64,000 nucleotides of DNA from IMG/VR virus record IMGVR_UViG_3300037961_003440, positions 30,365-94,364 of that record, one strand, 5' to 3'. The notes beneath the pieces were generated by a model, which saw only the letters and a program-made list of their open reading frames with translations, searched no databases and was not told the origin of the DNA. Position 1 is the first letter of the stretch, and each line of letters opens with the position of its first letter. Origin of the DNA: a virus. Shown in pieces: positions 1-9,690 of this stretch. Position numbers and translations under genes: made by a program.

Positions 1-522
1 AATGCATGGATGGATGCTTTTGTTTCTTTTGGTGATTATGCTTCAAGAAGGCCACTAACTCTTAACTTGCTAAATACTGCTCTAAGAGAATTGCAAATTC
101 GTGGTGCTTCACCAAAGGTTATTCTAACAGGATATGATACAATTCAAGCATTGGGTGAATTGCTACAATCTCAAGAAAGATTCATGGGAAGAACCGAAGT
201 ACTACCAACAGTAAATGGTATTAAGGGTGTAAAGGGTAGAGAAGTAGGATTTAAGGTTGCTACTTATCACGATATTCCTATTATTCCTTGTAAAGAAATG
301 CAAAGCACAGGTTCAGGTTCAGGACTAAGTGATATATTTATTCTTGATACAGACCATTTGCACTTTGCTACTTTGAAGCCAACAGAATACTTTGAAACAG
401 GTATTGATTCAGGCGACCCATTTTCAGTAAATGGTCTAAAGAACAAGGGTATGTATCGTACCATTGGTGAAGTAGTTTGTACATATTTGAAAGCACAAGG
501 AAAGATTACTAACCTATCTTGA
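1..522 (+). CDS. Major capsid protein, C-terminal part (HK97-like; truncated by window start)
   Basis: Frame is open from base 1. VATYHDIPIIP...IFILDTDHL...GMYRTIGEVVC..KAQGKITNL resembles an HK97-fold capsid C-terminus; first gene of the morphogenesis module. Confidence 0.75.
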   Translation, partial: NAWMDAFVSFGDYASRRPLTLNLLNTALRELQIRGASPKVILTGYDTIQALGELLQSQERFMGRTEVLPTVNGIKGVKGREVGFKVATYHDIPIIPCKEMQSTGSGSGLSDIFILDTDHLHFATLKPTEYFETGIDSGDPFSVNGLKNKGMYRTIGEVVCTYLKAQGKITNLS

Positions 523-552
523 GGTTTTTAGTTAATTAACAGGTGATTAAAA

Positions 553-1110
553 ATGACAAGTACAGTTACATTAGTAGCAGACCATTTAGGTTCTGATGCG
601 CCAAGAGTTATGGGTACTGAATATGTTGTTGATGCAATTATAGATGTTACAAGTTTTAACAGTTCTACAACTACAACAGGTACTTTTGACCATAATGAAA
701 ATACCTTTACTCGAACAACCGGTAATGCTTTACCTACTTTAGTAGCAGGGCAAGGTATTACAATTAGTAATGCAGCAACAGGTGGAAATGATGGTGCTAC
801 AACAATTGTTTCAGTAGCAGGAAATGTAATTACTCTCGGTGCTGTTGCGGCAAGTGATACAGATGATGAAATTACATTTATTCTTGATTCTGAAGCAATA
901 GCATATGCTAATTTTGGCCTTAGTACAGTATCTCAAGTAGAAATATTAGGACAGGAAAAACCGCTTCTTAATTGGAGAGTATCTTTGGGTACTGATGGAA
1001 ATAGTGAAATTGCTGACCATTTAGTTTTGAGATGTTTAACTGCTTCATCAGGTGCTTTAGCAACAGGTGATTCAGGTACAATTAGAGTTAGATTGCATGG
1101 ACAAATTTAA
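553..1110 (+). CDS. Putative capsid decoration/minor virion protein
   Basis: Thr/Ala/Gly-rich, predicted beta; directly after the capsid gene; GGTGA RBS. Confidence 0.45.
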   Translation: MTSTVTLVADHLGSDAPRVMGTEYVVDAIIDVTSFNSSTTTTGTFDHNENTFTRTTGNALPTLVAGQGITISNAATGGNDGATTIVSVAGNVITLGAVAASDTDDEITFILDSEAIAYANFGLSTVSQVEILGQEKPLLNWRVSLGTDGNSEIADHLVLRCLTASSGALATGDSGTIRVRLHGQI

Positions 1111-1120
1111 GGTGATTTAA

Positions 1121-1459
1121 TTGGTTAGAATTAGATACACTTTAGGTTTTGCCCGTCTATATGGTAAAGAATTTTATCAAAATGTATGGACTGAAGCAAA
1201 TGCTCAAACAGTATTTAAAATTAGAAATGCTGTTGGTTGGGAAGTAGAAGGTGAAGAAACAGTTGAAACATTAGATGTTGTTGAAGAAACAGTTGAAGAA
1301 ATTGTTGAAGAAACAGTAGAAGTTGTTGATGAAGTTGTTGATTTATCTACTTTAACAAAGAAAGAATTGCAGAAACTTTGTGATGAAAAGGGTCTTGAAT
1401 ACAAAGGCTTTGATAATAAGTCTGTTTTGATTTCTTTGTTATCTGATGAAGAAGAGTAA
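1121..1459 (+). CDS. Small acidic protein with C-terminal HeH/SAP/Rho-N-like motif
   Basis: DLSTLTKKELQKLCDEKGL...KSVLISLL after an E/V/T low-complexity linker; a type common beside head genes. Confidence 0.6.
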   Translation: MVRIRYTLGFARLYGKEFYQNVWTEANAQTVFKIRNAVGWEVEGEETVETLDVVEETVEEIVEETVEVVDEVVDLSTLTKKELQKLCDEKGLEYKGFDNKSVLISLLSDEEE

Positions 1460-1479
1460 TAAAAACTAATAATTAGATT

Positions 1480-1528
1480 TGAGTGAGTGTCGCTACTTTT
1501 ATTAGTGGCGGCCTCTCTCATTTCTTTT
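1480..1528 (+). terminator. Hairpin plus T-rich tail after the capsid cluster
   Basis: GTCGCTACT/AGTGGCGGC stem (G-U pairs on + strand) extended by TGAGTGAG/CTCTCTCA, followed by TTTCTTTT. Confidence 0.6.
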
Positions 1529-1536
1529 AGCGATAG

Positions 1537-1845
1537 GTGTTTAACATGGGTAGAATTCAAACTTCAAGAATAACAGGCGATACAAATATAGTACCAACGG
1601 CTGAAAGTCCTTGTGTCTATAATGGAATTATTTTAAGTCCAACAGATACAATAAATGCAGCAATTACAGTATCTATTTATGCTGATAATACAGGTACAGG
1701 CACTACAAATTTAGTAATAAGATATGTATGTACTCCTTCATCTACTATTGAGTTTCATTATACAGATGGATTACTTTGTAGAAGCGGATTAAGAGTAGAA
1801 TGTTCTTCATGGACTAATTTAGAAGCATTTGTTTTACACTCTTGA
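1537..1845 (+). CDS. Hypothetical virion-module protein
   Basis: 102-aa ORF, predicted beta-rich, in the structural operon. Confidence 0.5.
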   Translation: MFNMGRIQTSRITGDTNIVPTAESPCVYNGIILSPTDTINAAITVSIYADNTGTGTTNLVIRYVCTPSSTIEFHYTDGLLCRSGLRVECSSWTNLEAFVLHS

Positions 1846-1857
1846 GGGGTGTAAATA

Positions 1858-4800
1858 ATGGAAACAGAAGTCGGTGGATTTAGAGGTTTAGATAAATATC
1901 AAGATGGTTTTAAATGGAATGTTGATACAGCATTAGAATTTTTTTATCAATTTATTATACCTCAAGACCAATCTCATTCAGTAATACAAAGAAGAATTAG
2001 AGCGCAATTACTTCGTTGGGTTAGAAGTAGTAAAAAGTGGGAAACAAATCCTACTTTTAAAGATAATTGGGATGCTAATACATTTAATAGTATTAATAAA
2101 CAAGCCTTAGATATTTTATTTAATACTAAATTAAGTGATTTAAATGCTAATAGATATTATCAAATTGTTGAAGGTAAAGAACCTAAAGAATTCAAATTTA
2201 CCAATGATAAAATAGAAGCACTTTCAAAAGATGGAAATACAATTGAATATGAAATTTCATATGGTAAAAACTTTAAGGCTAATCCAAAAGGTCTTAGAGT
2301 AGAAGATATGGAAGCATATAATCAAGCAAGAAATTTATTGTTAAATTATGACTATCAATTTGAATTACTTAAAGCAAGATTTGAACAAACAAAATCAGAA
2401 AAGGTAAAGAAGGCTCTACAAGCAAAACTTAAAGACTTAAATAAAGCAAAAGAAGATGCTGAAGTATTGTTTGAAAATGCTAAAAAAGATATGTTTAACG
2501 ATAATATAACATTAAGACAAGTAATGAATAATGACCCTATTATTGAACAATTTTATTCTGCTGTTAGTTTAGAACCCCGTACTGAAGCAGAAAAAATAGC
2601 ATTAGGTATATTAATAGAAACAGTAGAAAAAACCATTGATAAAGATTTATATGAAACAAAATATAAATTTATAACAGGTAATGAATTAACCTATGAAGAA
2701 TTTAAAAAAGAAGTAAGTGATAGAGAAGCAAAATATTTAAAGATGCTACCATTACCTCTTCAAGTAGAAAATAAATTAACAGGTGTTAGTACAGACGAAG
2801 AAGAATTAGATATTAATATTAAATTAGAATCTTTATTAGAAAAAACTATGCTAAATGAATTAGCAGAAGAAATTAAATATCCTATTGAGTTTAGTAATGA
2901 AGAAATAGACTCTATAAATGACAAAGAACAATTTATAGAATTTATAAAAAGTAAAGATACACAGTTAGTTGTAAGTATGTTGGAAAGAGCAATTAATAAT
3001 TGGAGTAAAGTAAATATTGAACCTCTCGTAAATGCACAGGCAAAATTTACTATTGAAACAAAAAAATTAGAAGAAAGAGAACTCGATGATATTAGAGATA
3101 GACCTGTAAAGTTAAGCAAAGATTCAATTAAAGAATTTATTATTTACCCCTTCGTAAATCAAAGTAATAGAACAAATCAAAATAAAATTGAAGTTAAATT
3201 GGATGAAATAGAAACTAATAAAACTAAATTTAAAATTCCAATAGTATTTCCGAAAGCAGAAGTAGATTTTGAATCTGCCTATGCAAGAACAATAGGTGCT
3301 ACTTCAAGAAATGTTATATCTTCAGAAGTTAATATAGATACAAAAAGAAAAAATGCGCCTGTAAAAGAAGGTAAAATAAAAATTAATTATGTTAGTAGAA
3401 TATCTAATGAATTAGCAGAAGTGATACCGGGTATTAGTGGAGATTATCAATGGAAAATAATAAGAGATGTTTTAACTAATTTTTATAGAGCACAAAAAAC
3501 AACTACTGAAGAAAGGCTACAAAATAAAGTTAAAAAATATATTACTACTGATTTTATTGGTAAAATGGAAATGATTGGAGATATAATAACTACTGTTAAA
3601 AAACTTCAAGATGATAGGCTTGATAAAGGAGATATAATTAATTTATCAGAATATGTGCCCTCGTCTTATTTTAAGAAAAACGGTTCATTTAAATTTACAA
3701 GAGATGAATTAAGAGATAAAGTAGTAAAGGAATTTAGCGAAAAACAAGCACAAAATTTTATTAATAAATTAACTAAATTTCAAAAATCTATGATGGCTAT
3801 AATAGCCTTTGCAGAAGAAAATGAAGAAATTATTAATTTAATAGATGAAGAAAATGATGACGGTAAAGATTTAACTACTGAAGAATTTGAAGAGAGAATG
3901 AAAAATGAATCTGCTAAATTAAGAGATAGACAAGAATTACTTGAAGAAGCAGAAATGGAACAAAGAGATGAAGAAGGTCTAATGCAAGGTACAGAAGGTG
4001 AAACAGCCGGCCAACAAATGATGGTAGATGAATCATTTGAAGATTTTGACGACTTAACAACAGGTAAAACCTTTGACTTAATGAAGGAAGAAGAATTTTT
4101 AGATGCTTTACAAGAAATGATAAAATTTCAATCTGATGCCGATATATTAAATAATAGACTTACGCTTCTTAGGGCAGAATTAGAACAAGTAGAAAAAACA
4201 AAAGCGGTTAATATTCAGACTGATTCATTTAAAAAGATACTAAATCAATGGGGAGAACTCGTAGGATATGATATGACACCTCTAAAAAATATAATTGATA
4301 ATGAAATTGATGAAGAAAAAGATGATGAAGGCAATTTTGTTAATGAACAAACTAAAGTCAAAGAAAAAATTAAACAAGAAAGAACAAAAATAGAAAGTTA
4401 TTGGAATGAAACAAGACAAAAAGATAAATTTAAAGAACCAACTGAAACAGTAATACTTGCTCTTTTAGGTGAATTAGATTTAGAAAATGCTATTGTTGAT
4501 GATTTGTATGATAATGTGTTATTTAATAATGGTAAAAATGGTAAAGTAGAAATGGAAATGAATAATTTTGAAGCACAAATTGATTATGCTAAAAATAGAA
4601 TATTATTGAAGGGAGAAATAACTTGGGCATCAAAAGCAGAATCTTATGTAGGTTATAAAATACAAAGGGGTAGAACAAAATCTTTTAGAATGCCTATTGT
4701 TGTGGGTACAGGTTTATCTGATGCACAAAAGAAAAAAGTAGGTGGTAGAAGAGTAGCACCAACAGGTAGAGTACAAGATTTTAAATTAGCAGGAGAAAAT

Positions 4801-4875
4801 ACAGACCCAGATAGATTAGAATTTTTAGAAAATATAAAAAGTAGAACAAATGTATTAATGCAAGCGGTGAGATAA
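1858..4875 (+). CDS. Large acidic coiled-coil protein, unknown function (possible internal head/ejection protein)
   Basis: 1005 aa, E/K-rich, no recognisable catalytic motif; lies between head and adaptor genes. Confidence 0.4.
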   Translation: METEVGGFRGLDKYQDGFKWNVDTALEFFYQFIIPQDQSHSVIQRRIRAQLLRWVRSSKKWETNPTFKDNWDANTFNSINKQALDILFNTKLSDLNANRYYQIVEGKEPKEFKFTNDKIEALSKDGNTIEYEISYGKNFKANPKGLRVEDMEAYNQARNLLLNYDYQFELLKARFEQTKSEKVKKALQAKLKDLNKAKEDAEVLFENAKKDMFNDNITLRQVMNNDPIIEQFYSAVSLEPRTEAEKIALGILIETVEKTIDKDLYETKYKFITGNELTYEEFKKEVSDREAKYLKMLPLPLQVENKLTGVSTDEEELDINIKLESLLEKTMLNELAEEIKYPIEFSNEEIDSINDKEQFIEFIKSKDTQLVVSMLERAINNWSKVNIEPLVNAQAKFTIETKKLEERELDDIRDRPVKLSKDSIKEFIIYPFVNQSNRTNQNKIEVKLDEIETNKTKFKIPIVFPKAEVDFESAYARTIGATSRNVISSEVNIDTKRKNAPVKEGKIKINYVSRISNELAEVIPGISGDYQWKIIRDVLTNFYRAQKTTTEERLQNKVKKYITTDFIGKMEMIGDIITTVKKLQDDRLDKGDIINLSEYVPSSYFKKNGSFKFTRDELRDKVVKEFSEKQAQNFINKLTKFQKSMMAIIAFAEENEEIINLIDEENDDGKDLTTEEFEERMKNESAKLRDRQELLEEAEMEQRDEEGLMQGTEGETAGQQMMVDESFEDFDDLTTGKTFDLMKEEEFLDALQEMIKFQSDADILNNRLTLLRAELEQVEKTKAVNIQTDSFKKILNQWGELVGYDMTPLKNIIDNEIDEEKDDEGNFVNEQTKVKEKIKQERTKIESYWNETRQKDKFKEPTETVILALLGELDLENAIVDDLYDNVLFNNGKNGKVEMEMNNFEAQIDYAKNRILLKGEITWASKAESYVGYKIQRGRTKSFRMPIVVGTGLSDAQKKKVGGRRVAPTGRVQDFKLAGENTDPDRLEFLENIKSRTNVLMQAVR

Positions 4876-5954
4876 TGAGTATAATAAGACCTTCAGATAC
4901 AGCAATAAATTCTTTAAATTATGATTCAGGAGTAGGTCATTATACCGATATGACAAAAATTTGTGATTTGTTAGGTATTGCGCCTTTTACATCAGATACA
5001 ATTCCAACACTTGCTAATATAGGAGAATTAATTAGGTATGCTGAAGATTATATTGATGAATATACAAAACAATCTTGGCGACCATCTATTGTAGAAAATG
5101 AATTAAAAGATTTTTATTTAGATTTTCATAGAATGTATAGATATAGTAGTGTTAGTTATACAGATTATGTCGGGTTTATTAGACTAAATAGAGAAGATGT
5201 AAGAAAGGTTTTAAGATTGGCCGCATGGAAAGGTGATACTTGGGAAGAATTAGCAGGTGCTACTTGTAAAATTAATATTACTGATTTTACTAATATTACA
5301 AATATAGTATTACAATTACCAAATAACGGAACAACATTTACTTTATTAACACACCCAACAGATTCAGGGAGTTTTAATAACCAATTTGGTAATACCACAA
5401 CAGCACAAGAAATTGTATATTTAATTAACGAACAAGTACCATCTAATACGAGAGATTTTACAGGACAACATGGTAAAAAATCTCTAAATGGAATTAGTAA
5501 GTTTTTTTACGCATCTTTAGAAGATGATAATTCAATTTTAATTTCTTCTTTGCTACCTTCTGATGATGGTAAAAATTGTACTATTACAGTTACAGGTACA
5601 GGTATTACAAAAGAAGATTTTACAGATAATGAAAATGTTGGAAGGGATAATGATTGGTGGATAGAAAATCAAACAGGTACAGTTTTCTTTAAAAGTACAT
5701 ACCCTTTACAAGTTAAACATTCTTTAAAATGTACTTACCAAACAGGAAAACAAACTGTTCCAGCAGTAATTACAGAAGCCGCTACAAAATTAGTTTGTTG
5801 TGAATTAATGTCATCAGATGATAATACAATTTTATTAGGTGAAAATAATAATTCAGGTTTAGATATTAAAACTAAGTTTGATACATATAGAGCCGATGTT
5901 GAGAAGATTTTAAATATGAAGAAACGCCTAATATATTTGATAGATAGTGATTGA
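4875..5954 (+). CDS. Head-tail adaptor/connector with internal insertion
   Basis: N-terminal ELIRYAEDYIDEYT and C-terminal YQTG..VPAVITEAATKLV helices typical of gp6/gp15-like adaptors. Confidence 0.6.
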   Translation: MSIIRPSDTAINSLNYDSGVGHYTDMTKICDLLGIAPFTSDTIPTLANIGELIRYAEDYIDEYTKQSWRPSIVENELKDFYLDFHRMYRYSSVSYTDYVGFIRLNREDVRKVLRLAAWKGDTWEELAGATCKINITDFTNITNIVLQLPNNGTTFTLLTHPTDSGSFNNQFGNTTTAQEIVYLINEQVPSNTRDFTGQHGKKSLNGISKFFYASLEDDNSILISSLLPSDDGKNCTITVTGTGITKEDFTDNENVGRDNDWWIENQTGTVFFKSTYPLQVKHSLKCTYQTGKQTVPAVITEAATKLVCCELMSSDDNTILLGENNNSGLDIKTKFDTYRADVEKILNMKKRLIYLIDSD

Positions 5955-6177
5955 TATGCCTTTTATTACAAAAGAACAAGTAGAAAAAATAAGAACATTA
6001 AAAACTTCTATTGATTCTATTCGTAATAGAGTAATAGAAGAAAACGAAACTTTACAAGAAATTACTAAAGAATATTTAGGTGAAGGTTATGATGATAAAA
6101 TTATGGCTAAAATAATTGAACAAGAAATAGATAAAGAAATTTCAGATAAATTAAGGAGGATTATATTTGGTGAGTGA
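5947..6177 (+). CDS. Small hypothetical protein (head-tail region)
   Basis: Overlap-coupled to both neighbours. Confidence 0.5.
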   Translation: MIDMPFITKEQVEKIRTLKTSIDSIRNRVIEENETLQEITKEYLGEGYDDKIMAKIIEQEIDKEISDKLRRIIFGE

Positions 6178-6790
6178 ATCAGGTTATCTTGTAGATTTAT
6201 TAGATTCTAATTGGAATGATGCTATTACAGCATTAAATACTACTAATGGTAATGGTACATTATTAGATGTTCATGCTGTACATCCAATTATTATGTCCAC
6301 GAGTGATTTTACAACAGGAAGAACAGTAGATGCACAAGGTAGGTCAAGAGGTGGTAATAGAATTAATACTGCAAGTAAAAAAGAATCTACTAATCCTGAT
6401 GGTTTTATTTATTCAAAAGATATTATAGTAATAAGTACATCAAGTGCTTCTACTGAATATCCTACTTATGCTTATGATATTAGAAATGAAACCTTTACAA
6501 TGTCTATTAGTATTAGAACAAGACAAGATGATAGAATATTAAATGATAATACAAGAGTTAATCCTACAAGTAATTTTGGTAAAGAGAGAATCCGTAGCCT
6601 TTATTTACTTGTTAGATATATACTCGAACAAAGGAGAAGAGGTTGGTTTAAAACAGGCTCGCAAATTTATGAAAATATTAATTTGATAACTGTACAAGAT
6701 AGAACAGATGCGAATGATAAAAAGAATAGAATTTTTGGATATAAAGTGAATGTTGTTATGAAACGATTAGCAATCCCCGTAGGTTGTTAG
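6167..6790 (+). CDS. Putative tail terminator/completion protein
   Basis: Position just before the tail tube; alpha/beta pattern. Confidence 0.45.
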   Translation: MVSESGYLVDLLDSNWNDAITALNTTNGNGTLLDVHAVHPIIMSTSDFTTGRTVDAQGRSRGGNRINTASKKESTNPDGFIYSKDIIVISTSSASTEYPTYAYDIRNETFTMSISIRTRQDDRILNDNTRVNPTSNFGKERIRSLYLLVRYILEQRRRGWFKTGSQIYENINLITVQDRTDANDKKNRIFGYKVNVVMKRLAIPVGC

Positions 6791-6817
6791 GGAAAAGTAA
6801 AAAAACGGTGATAAAAA

Positions 6818-9079
6818 ATGGTAAGTACAGAAACATGGATGGGTTCAGGACAATCAGTAACCTTAGCCCCAGAAAGCGAATTATTCTTAGGTTTTATGCC
6901 TTTAGGCCCAACTTTAGGAAGAACAGGAACGAACAAAGCACATCTAATTAAATATTCATTAGGATATGGTTTAGATGCAACAAATGTAACTCCAACATCA
7001 ACAGCAAAATTTTCAGATTATTATGAGTTAGTTCCAGATTTATATACAGGATGTACTGCTGAATTTTATTATACCGATGATAGTTCTGCACCAACATTAA
7101 GATTTAGTGCTAATGTAGCGGGTAATGATGCAGATGCAATTTATTTTTCAGGTCAATTAAATGATTTTCCTTCATTATTTAATAATGATACAAATGCGAC
7201 TACTGCTAACCCAAGAGGTTATATTATTTTAAAATCTAATGGTGCTGTAATTCCTGCACCTAATTCTTTTGAATTAATTGATAATTCACTTACACAACTT
7301 TCAACAGGTGATGCAACAATTACTAATGTTACAGGTAATGCACAAAAATATGTTGTAGGAGATATTATTAGAAGTTCTACCGGAGTAGAATTAGGAAGAG
7401 TTGTTAATTCAGGTACAGGCAGTTTAGGAACATCAATTACTGAACCTACATCATCAACAACACATTTACATCTTATTACTAATTCATTAGCAACAGTTAC
7501 AAGTTCAACAATCGCTTCAGTAAAAATTTGTACTATTGTTACAAGTACAGATTTAACGGGTATATTAACAGCAGGTGATGAAGTAAGTAATCATGCTTCT
7601 GCCGCTACATCAAGTGTTGTAATGGGTAGAGTTATTACAGTAGCATCAGATTCAATTAAAGTAGCATTAGACAATGCTAATCTTCAACCTACTAACGCAG
7701 ACCAAATTTATTTAGGTAAATTACTACCATCATCGGGCAACACTCTTGATGCAATTTATAGAGTATCGCCAAGAATTTTGTCTAATAATTGGATTGGACT
7801 AACTAATTCTGTTGGTATTCCTCAAGTAGAAATGGAAACTAAACAGATGAATTTATCTTTAGCAGGTAGTAGAAATTACTCTTATCAATATAGAGGAATT
7901 GAAACAGCAGGTGCGGCAAGTCTTGATGTTAATTTAAATCACGGAACATGGCTTTATTACGCATTTGGTAAATTAGCAAGTGCATCTTCAACAGTTGTAG
8001 ATACAGACCCTGCAACAAATCATTTTCAAAGAGCAGCAGATGGTAGTGATGTAAATAATGTAGCAATAGCACATCAGGTTTATGCAGGATATAATACAGA
8101 CCCTGATAGAGATTATGATAGTCATTCACAAAACGGTAAATTCCATAGAGTATTAAAAGGTACAACAACAATTTGTCCTCCTTTGTTGCCTAATACGGGT
8201 ATTGCTAAATTGACATTACCTAATGAACAACCAAATGGTGTTAGTAGCAATTTGATTACTTATACCTTTGGAGAAAGAAATGATAATGAATTACCATCCT
8301 TTGCTTTAGAATTGTTAGTACAAAAGGGTAATGTATTAGACGGTACAAATAAAACTTTGATGGTTGATAGAAATACATATAGTGAAAGTGTATATGCACA
8401 AATATATCCTAACTGTGTAGTTTCTGATATGTCTTTGTCTGCAAATGAAAATGAAGAAGTAAAGGTTACTTTAAATCTAAATACTAAGAGAGTATTTGAA
8501 GCACCTGCTGGTTATGTTGGTAAGTGTTATGATGCTACTAATAATGATACTTCAGAATTTAAGAATTTGTTAAACTTTGGACAACAAACAGGAAATAACA
8601 GTAATATTGTTCAGTCATTCGTAGACCCATTCTTTTTCTCTAACGGTTCTATTACATTATTCGGACAAGAATTTATGAAAGTTAGTACCTTTAGTATTAG
8701 TCTAAATAACACATTGACTGACAAAAGATATGTTGGTAATTATAATAATCAAATTAAGTATTATGTACCCGGCCAAAGAACATACGAAGTTACATTTCAG
8801 GCTATGGTTACAGACAGAAGAATATTTGATGAATTAAGAAAACAAAGTCCACATCGTTTTAACTTAGGAGAAACTGCCGATGGTTCAAATGCTAAAATTG
8901 CTTTATCATTTACAAAACCAAATGGCGAATCTATAAGTTTAGAATTTGATGATTATATGATTAGTGCCGCTTCTTGGCCTATTCAAGATGATAGAGGCCC
9001 TGTAATGGTAGACTTTACTATTATGCCTATTAGAACAGGAACAATTAATGCTTCAAGTCATTGGGTATTACAATCATAA
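6818..9079 (+). CDS. Major tail tube protein with large insertions
   Basis: C-terminal FFFSNGSITLFG...FSISLNNTL...GQRTYEVTF pattern of siphovirus-type tube proteins; followed by chaperones and tape measure. Confidence 0.7.
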   Translation: MVSTETWMGSGQSVTLAPESELFLGFMPLGPTLGRTGTNKAHLIKYSLGYGLDATNVTPTSTAKFSDYYELVPDLYTGCTAEFYYTDDSSAPTLRFSANVAGNDADAIYFSGQLNDFPSLFNNDTNATTANPRGYIILKSNGAVIPAPNSFELIDNSLTQLSTGDATITNVTGNAQKYVVGDIIRSSTGVELGRVVNSGTGSLGTSITEPTSSTTHLHLITNSLATVTSSTIASVKICTIVTSTDLTGILTAGDEVSNHASAATSSVVMGRVITVASDSIKVALDNANLQPTNADQIYLGKLLPSSGNTLDAIYRVSPRILSNNWIGLTNSVGIPQVEMETKQMNLSLAGSRNYSYQYRGIETAGAASLDVNLNHGTWLYYAFGKLASASSTVVDTDPATNHFQRAADGSDVNNVAIAHQVYAGYNTDPDRDYDSHSQNGKFHRVLKGTTTICPPLLPNTGIAKLTLPNEQPNGVSSNLITYTFGERNDNELPSFALELLVQKGNVLDGTNKTLMVDRNTYSESVYAQIYPNCVVSDMSLSANENEEVKVTLNLNTKRVFEAPAGYVGKCYDATNNDTSEFKNLLNFGQQTGNNSNIVQSFVDPFFFSNGSITLFGQEFMKVSTFSISLNNTLTDKRYVGNYNNQIKYYVPGQRTYEVTFQAMVTDRRIFDELRKQSPHRFNLGETADGSNAKIALSFTKPNGESISLEFDDYMISAASWPIQDDRGPVMVDFTIMPIRTGTINASSHWVLQS

Positions 9080-9111
9080 GGTGTGGAAAATTATGTATAA
9101 GGTGAAATATT

Positions 9112-9480
9112 ATGGAACAAAAGAAAGTTTTAGGAGATAAAAGTAAAATATTAGTAGGTGCAGAAGCAAAATTACATTATGTAAAAATAGAACCTGATAG
9201 TGATGAACATCTAAAGGTTTGGATTAAAGAGCCTACTTATTTACAATTAGAGCAAGCACAAATGAAATTGTTTAATGTTGATGTAAATAGCAAAGATGTA
9301 TCATTTGATATGAATGAAGTTTATAGATATTTATGGGATGCATTTGTACACAAAACAGAACCTGCTTTAACCGCTATTGATTTACTTAGGTTAAAGCCTT
9401 ATGTTGGTTCACAGATTAAAGCAATACTTCCCGACCCATTTAGTTTAATGGAGGGGGATGATAATTTAAAAGAGAAGTGA
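9112..9480 (+). CDS. Tail assembly chaperone (gpG-like)
   Basis: Between tube and tape measure; ends at a slippery site. Confidence 0.75.
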   Translation: MEQKKVLGDKSKILVGAEAKLHYVKIEPDSDEHLKVWIKEPTYLQLEQAQMKLFNVDVNSKDVSFDMNEVYRYLWDAFVHKTEPALTAIDLLRLKPYVGSQIKAILPDPFSLMEGDDNLKEK

Positions 9481-9524
9481 GAGTTGCTATTAGGTCAGGT
9501 AGAATATCTAACCCTAAAGTAGCA
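9465..9524 (+). other. Programmed -1 ribosomal frameshift signal (T TTA AAA plus downstream hairpin)
   Basis: In-frame X XXY YYZ heptamer at 9465-9471; -1 frame runs into ORF 9477..9686; stem TGCTATTAGG...CCTAAAGTAGCA at 9485-9524. Confidence 0.75.
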
Positions 9525-9686
9525 TCAAGACTCTCGCTATATACTTTGGCTAAAGAATTACACATATCTCCAAAAGAGGTATTTGAATTACCATTTAGTT
9601 TAGTACAAGAATTATTGATGGTACACTCAGAAGTAGAATCGTATAAAGCAGATGAATTAGAAAAACAAATGAATAAAATAAAGTGA
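9477..9686 (+). CDS. Tail assembly chaperone frameshift extension (gpT-like)
   Basis: LAKELHISPKEVFELPF motif typical of gpT-like segments; in the -1 frame relative to the upstream ORF. Confidence 0.7.
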   Translation: MRVAIRSGRISNPKVASRLSLYTLAKELHISPKEVFELPFSLVQELLMVHSEVESYKADELEKQMNKIK

Positions 9687-9690
9687 TACA

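Noticed and set aside
1204-1560. Ser/Thr-rich antisense ORF, plus the other short ORFs antisense to long genes
   Set aside because: Shadow frames of biased coding sequence (GAAGAAACAGTT repeats); no RBS or motifs
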